From: Acidobacteriota bacterium
GTDB taxonomy: Bacteria; Acidobacteriota; UBA6911; RPQK01; JAJDTT01
DNA: 64,000 nt
Assembly: GCA_965217775.1 (NCBI GenBank)
Contig: CBDCJH010000002.1
Location: 2,048,001 to 2,112,000 of the forward strand
Direction of reading: 5' to 3'
In this document: in pieces, positions 60,164 to 64,000 of the stretch
Position numbering within the stretch: the first letter of the stretch is position 1
How the letters are laid out: each line of letters begins with the position of its first letter
Position numbers and translations under genes: made by a program
Notes under the pieces: generated by a model
What the model saw: the letters and a program-made list of their open reading frames with translations, nothing else
Databases searched by the model: none
Told to the model about the DNA's origin: nothing

Positions 60164-60216
60164 GGCCCGGTGACGCGGGACGCCTATTCCGGCGCCCTTC
60201 CGACCCATCGAAACCG

Positions 60217-61374
60217 ATGGAGACCCCGCTGATCTTCCCGGCTTGGCTAGCCCTCTCGGGAGCTATCTTGGCTGCCATCTGGCTGGCGGGGGCATGGCAC
60301 CTCTCCAGTCGGATCCGCCGCCGGGTGCTGGAGCCCAGTACCCGAAGAGGCGCGCGGCCACTTGAGGTTCTCAAGGTCGAGCCGGACCGTGTGACCTTGG
60401 GAGTCCTTCCGGAGACCGGCTCCAGCCGCCGCTGGCGCCAGGAGGGTCTCTGGGGTCTGCGCTGGCCGGACGGCTACGCCCAGGCCGGCGAGATTTTGCA
60501 TCTCGGGAAGAGGAAGGTGACTCGAAGCCTTCGTCTTCTGAACGGAGATCCGGCGCCCGGGACCCGGGTGACACTCACCAGCTTCGCCTTTCCCGACAAC
60601 CCGCGAGACGCCTTTGGTTTGCCGGTCCAACCGCTACGGTACCGCTCACCACTGGGCCGATTCCCTGCCTGGTCGACCGCCGGTTCCCGCTCCACCTGGG
60701 TCATCTTCGTCCACGGAAAGCGAGCCGCACCGCCAAGCCGCGCCCTCCGTTCCTATCCACTGCTGAAGGTGGCGTCGGATCTGGGATTTCCGGGCTTGGT
60801 CATCTCCTATCGAAACGATCTGGAGGCCGCGCCCGCCCCGGACGGACGCCACTGGTACGGACTCACCGAGTGGGAGGATCTGGAAGGAGCCGCCCGCCAC
60901 GCGCGGGAGTCCGGGGCCCAAGACCTGGTCCTGGTCGGCTACAGCATGGGCGGGGCCTTGGTCATGAGCTTCCTGCGGCAATCGGACCTCGCTCGATCCG
61001 TCAATGGAATCATTCTGGACTCGCCGGTCCTGGATCTTGAGGCGACGTTGGACTTCGCCGCCCAACACAGGGGGTATCCCAGGATCTTTCGCCACGCGGC
61101 GAAAACCCTGGCTCGAGTTCGTTTCGGGGTCCCATGGAAGGAGTTGAATTACGTCAGGAACACGGGACACCTACAGGCGCCTACGCTGGTTTTCCATGGG
61201 GGCGTGGACACCCTGGTTCCGCTCCGAACCAGTCAGCTGCTGGCCCGCTCTCGCCCCGATCTGGTCCGGTGCGAGACGTTTCCCGGCGCCTCCCACGGTC
61301 GGGCCTGGAACCTGGATCCGGACCGGTACGAACGGGTCGCCCGGGAGTTCCTGAAGACCGTATCGAGCGCTTAA
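60217..61374 (+). CDS. Membrane-anchored alpha/beta hydrolase
   Basis: FVHG, GYSMGG, HG..D..VP and GASH motifs. Confidence 0.85.
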   Translation: METPLIFPAWLALSGAILAAIWLAGAWHLSSRIRRRVLEPSTRRGARPLEVLKVEPDRVTLGVLPETGSSRRWRQEGLWGLRWPDGYAQAGEILHLGKRKVTRSLRLLNGDPAPGTRVTLTSFAFPDNPRDAFGLPVQPLRYRSPLGRFPAWSTAGSRSTWVIFVHGKRAAPPSRALRSYPLLKVASDLGFPGLVISYRNDLEAAPAPDGRHWYGLTEWEDLEGAARHARESGAQDLVLVGYSMGGALVMSFLRQSDLARSVNGIILDSPVLDLEATLDFAAQHRGYPRIFRHAAKTLARVRFGVPWKELNYVRNTGHLQAPTLVFHGGVDTLVPLRTSQLLARSRPDLVRCETFPGASHGRAWNLDPDRYERVAREFLKTVSSA

Positions 61375-61591
61375 CCCGAATATATCACCAGATAGATAGA
61401 CAGAGGCCGAGATCGCGGGCCGGTGTTGCGTCGCCGAGGGCCGGAGTCGCGATGAACAGGCCGCCGTAGAACAGCAGTTGCGGCCAATACTCGCGGAGGA
61501 TGAACGGCCAGAGCCAAGCCTTCGACGTGTACCGGGAAGCGGACGGAGGTAGCCGAGCACGATGACATTCCGGGCACGGCAAGGCAGTGAT

Positions 61592-61623
61592 GTATAGAAA
61601 CAGTATATTTTCTATACTATAAT
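61592..61623 (+). promoter_or_regulatory. Inverted-repeat operator and -10 box of brnTA
   Basis: GTATAGAAA-N8-TTTCTATAC directly followed by TATAAT, 5 nt before the ATG. Confidence 0.65.
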
Positions 61624-61628
61624 TACTC

Positions 61629-61892
61629 ATGCCATTTGAGTATGATCCCGCTAAAAGCGCCACAAACAAGGCCAAGCATGGCATCGACTTCGACGAAGCC
61701 CAGGTGCTTTGGAAAGATGCTCAGATGCTGGAAGCACCGGCAAAAACCGATGACGAACCGCGCTTTCTGGTGATCGGAAGGATTGGCGAAAACCACTGGA
61801 CCGCCGTCTGCGCTCATCGTGGGGACAAGGTGCGGATCATCTCGGTGCGGCGCGCCCGGAAACAGGAGATCGATCACTATGAAAGCACGTGA
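61629..61892 (+). CDS. brnT: BrnT family toxin
   Basis: FEYDPAK...NKAKHGIDF, EPRF and RIISVRRA motifs. Confidence 0.93.
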   Translation: MPFEYDPAKSATNKAKHGIDFDEAQVLWKDAQMLEAPAKTDDEPRFLVIGRIGENHWTAVCAHRGDKVRIISVRRARKQEIDHYEST

Positions 61893-62112
61893 GTTCGACA
61901 GGAAATTTGATGCGGGAGAGGATGTTGGCGGCCATGTCGACTGGTCGAAAGCGAAACGCCCGAACGAGCGGATAAAGCGGGTGAATGTGGACTTCCCGAC
62001 CTGGGTTGTGGCCGGGCTGGACCGTCAGGCCCGGCACTTTGGCGTGACCCGCCAGGCGCTCATCAAGTTGTGGATCGCGGAACGGTTAAAGCGACGCGGC
62101 AACCGGACCTGA
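61879..62112 (+). CDS. brnA: BrnA/CopG-type antitoxin
   Basis: MKA.EFD.KFD.GED...KRVNVDFP.W....LD..A...GVTRQ.LIK.WIAERL; overlaps brnT. Confidence 0.88.
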   Translation: MKAREFDRKFDAGEDVGGHVDWSKAKRPNERIKRVNVDFPTWVVAGLDRQARHFGVTRQALIKLWIAERLKRRGNRT

Positions 62113-62172
62113 AGGCGAACTCGGGCCCGGCGTCCTGATGCCGTTGACGTGGACGTGGAGCAGGAGCAGAGC

Positions 62173-62241
62173 ATGAAGCTGGAAGATCTGCAGACCAACG
62201 CCACGGTGCGGGGCATCCTGTCCGACGGCCTTGCGTCGTAG
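62173..62241 (+). pseudogene. 5' stub resembling an SNF2-type helicase N-terminus
   Basis: GGAG RBS then MKLEDLQTNATVRGILSDGLAS*; family assignment from recall only. Confidence 0.45.
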
Positions 62242-62450
62242 GCGGGAGCGGCTGGAGAGTCGACTGCGCGAGTTGGAAGTCCTGCAACGTGGGGGTCAGG
62301 TTGCGAGCGCATTCGTCACTGCCGCGAGAGGAGGTGCCGAGAGGAGGTGACTGTCCCCCTTCTCTCGCCCGACGTTACTCTACCTTGACCACCCGATTCG
62401 GTGTCCTCTACGATTCACCCAAATTCCAGCCCCCAGAAAGGACGGCCATC

Positions 62451-63680
62451 ATGGTGAGATCGGAGAGGCGCTCCCAATTCATCAGCCGCCGGATGTTTTT
62501 CCAAAGTGCGAAGGCAGCCGGTACGACCGCATTGACGGCTTCGCTATTCGGAAAATCGTATCGCCCGCTCGAGGCTGGCAAGCAGTTGCGGATCGGTGTG
62601 GTGGGCGGCGGATTCGGCGCCGCGTTTCCCTGGCAGCGGCATCCCAACTGCAAGGTGACCGCGGTCGCTGATCTCAGGGCGGACCGGCGGAAAAGGCTGG
62701 AAGAGAGTTTCGAATGCTCTAACACCTATGCCGATTTCCGTGCCATGCTCAAGGACCCTTCAGTGGATGCAGTCGCCATCTTCACCGGGGCACCCCATCA
62801 CGTTCCGCACTGCGTGGAGGTCATGGAATCCGGTCGGCACGTCATCAGTGCGGTTCCAGCCGCCATAACCTTGGAACAGTGCCAGCAGCTTCTGGAGGCC
62901 GTGAAGCAGACCGGCCAGATCTACATGATGGCCGAAACCAGTTGCTTTCACCCAGCCACCATGACTGCCCGTAGACTGAGACAAGAAGGCAAGTTCGGGA
63001 GAATCTACTACACCCAGGGGGATTACATCCATGACCACGGCACCTACCTGGCGAAGGGGGAGATGCCGGAGTATCTGGAGCGGATGTTCTTTCACGAGGG
63101 TAAGCCGACATGGCGGTATGGCAACGCTCAAGGCCTCTATATCACCCATGCCAGCGGTCCGATCATTCATGTGACCGGCGAGAGCCTGGTTGAGGTCGCG
63201 GCGGTCGGAACACCGATGGACTACCCGTTCTTCAAGGAGAACCGGTACGGTAACCCGTTTGTGAACACCACCTTCTTCTTCAAGACGTCGGGTGGAAACT
63301 CCTCCCGAATCAACATCCACTGGTGGACCTCAGCTCCCGGCCGTGAAGGAGCGGATTATTTTGGGACCGAAATGTCGTTGTTCGAGAGGTGGAAGGGTCT
63401 GCGCCCTTCCGCTTACGTGACCCGTCCTCATTCAGAACCCGAACTTTTGCAGGCAGACCACTCGGCAGAACTGCCGCCGTCGCTGCGGAACGTTGGGGGA
63501 CACGGGGGTTCCCATCCCTTCATCATTCATGAGTTCGTTTCGGCATGTCTGGAGCAACGGCCCCCGTCGGTCGATGTCCATCAGGCCCTGTCCTATACTG
63601 CGCCCGGAATCGTAGGATTCCACTCGGCCCTAAAGGGTGGAGACTGGCTGAAGATTCCCGATTTTGGACCCGTCAGCTAG
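62451..63680 (+). CDS. Tat-exported Gfo/Idh/MocA family oxidoreductase
   Basis: SRRMFF twin-arginine signal; IGVVGGGFG, HVISAVP, YMMAET and GGHGGSH motifs. Confidence 0.88.
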   Translation: MVRSERRSQFISRRMFFQSAKAAGTTALTASLFGKSYRPLEAGKQLRIGVVGGGFGAAFPWQRHPNCKVTAVADLRADRRKRLEESFECSNTYADFRAMLKDPSVDAVAIFTGAPHHVPHCVEVMESGRHVISAVPAAITLEQCQQLLEAVKQTGQIYMMAETSCFHPATMTARRLRQEGKFGRIYYTQGDYIHDHGTYLAKGEMPEYLERMFFHEGKPTWRYGNAQGLYITHASGPIIHVTGESLVEVAAVGTPMDYPFFKENRYGNPFVNTTFFFKTSGGNSSRINIHWWTSAPGREGADYFGTEMSLFERWKGLRPSAYVTRPHSEPELLQADHSAELPPSLRNVGGHGGSHPFIIHEFVSACLEQRPPSVDVHQALSYTAPGIVGFHSALKGGDWLKIPDFGPVS

Positions 63681-63961
63681 CCGATCCCGGAGAGTCCGGC
63701 GGCTTGGGGAACTCGCGCGGCGAGACGAGGTGACCGTCCCCTTCTTCCGCGCCGACGGGCCTGGAATCCTGCGCCGCGAAAGGTTGTGGAATAGTAGTTG
63801 ACCAAGCGATTGGGAACTTGCTAGGTTGACCGACCGAATGGGGAAGCCACACTTACCTGAGCCCTTCGATGGGGCCTGCTGGTTTTAAATGGAGGGATGA
63901 GTTCCGCATCTGAAACTAACCGATGAGGATTGGCGGGACTGGTTGACTCGGGAGATTTGAG

Positions 63962-64000
63962 ATGACTCGATACCCGATTGTTTACACCTACAGAGAAGTC
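63962..64000 (+). CDS. Possible gene start truncated by the window end (MTRYPIVYTYREV...)
   Basis: GGAG upstream of ATG; only 13 codons visible. Confidence 0.35.
   Translation, partial: MTRYPIVYTYREV

Noticed and set aside
63780-63960. Small gene near the window end
   Set aside because: The candidate frame is broken by two stops and is too short to assign.

Overview
GC-rich bacterial chromosomal segment, probably Acidobacteriota (inferred from gene content and protein styles, not proven). Core and metabolic content: a phosphate-uptake operon (phosphate-selective porin, pstSCAB, phoU), family B DNA polymerase II, MFS/NhaC/sugar ABC transporters, SDRs, Gfo/Idh/MocA oxidoreductases, hydrolases, two paralogous FG-GAP/VCBS repeat proteins, CcmH and a BrnT/BrnA toxin-antitoxin pair. 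Two accessory loci stand out. (1) At 20080-24709 a translationally coupled herA-like ATPase, nurA-like nuclease with a zinc-binding insert, and amino-DNA methyltransferase lie between gene debris; this is a candidate restriction-modification-like defence system. (2) A ~9.3 kb near-tandem duplication (27919-37252 and 37475-46787) carries two ~3000-aa exported proteins. Each places a dikinase-like module (phospho-His swivel motif followed by a PPDK/PEP-synthase ATP-grasp domain, the order seen in glucan-water dikinases) on a long SwmB/Ig repeat stalk. The domain just before the His motif differs between the copies almost only by amino-acid-changing substitutions. I saw no rRNA, tRNA, CRISPR array, integrase, transposase or reverse transcriptase. 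All calls come from motif recognition by eye; no database search was run.
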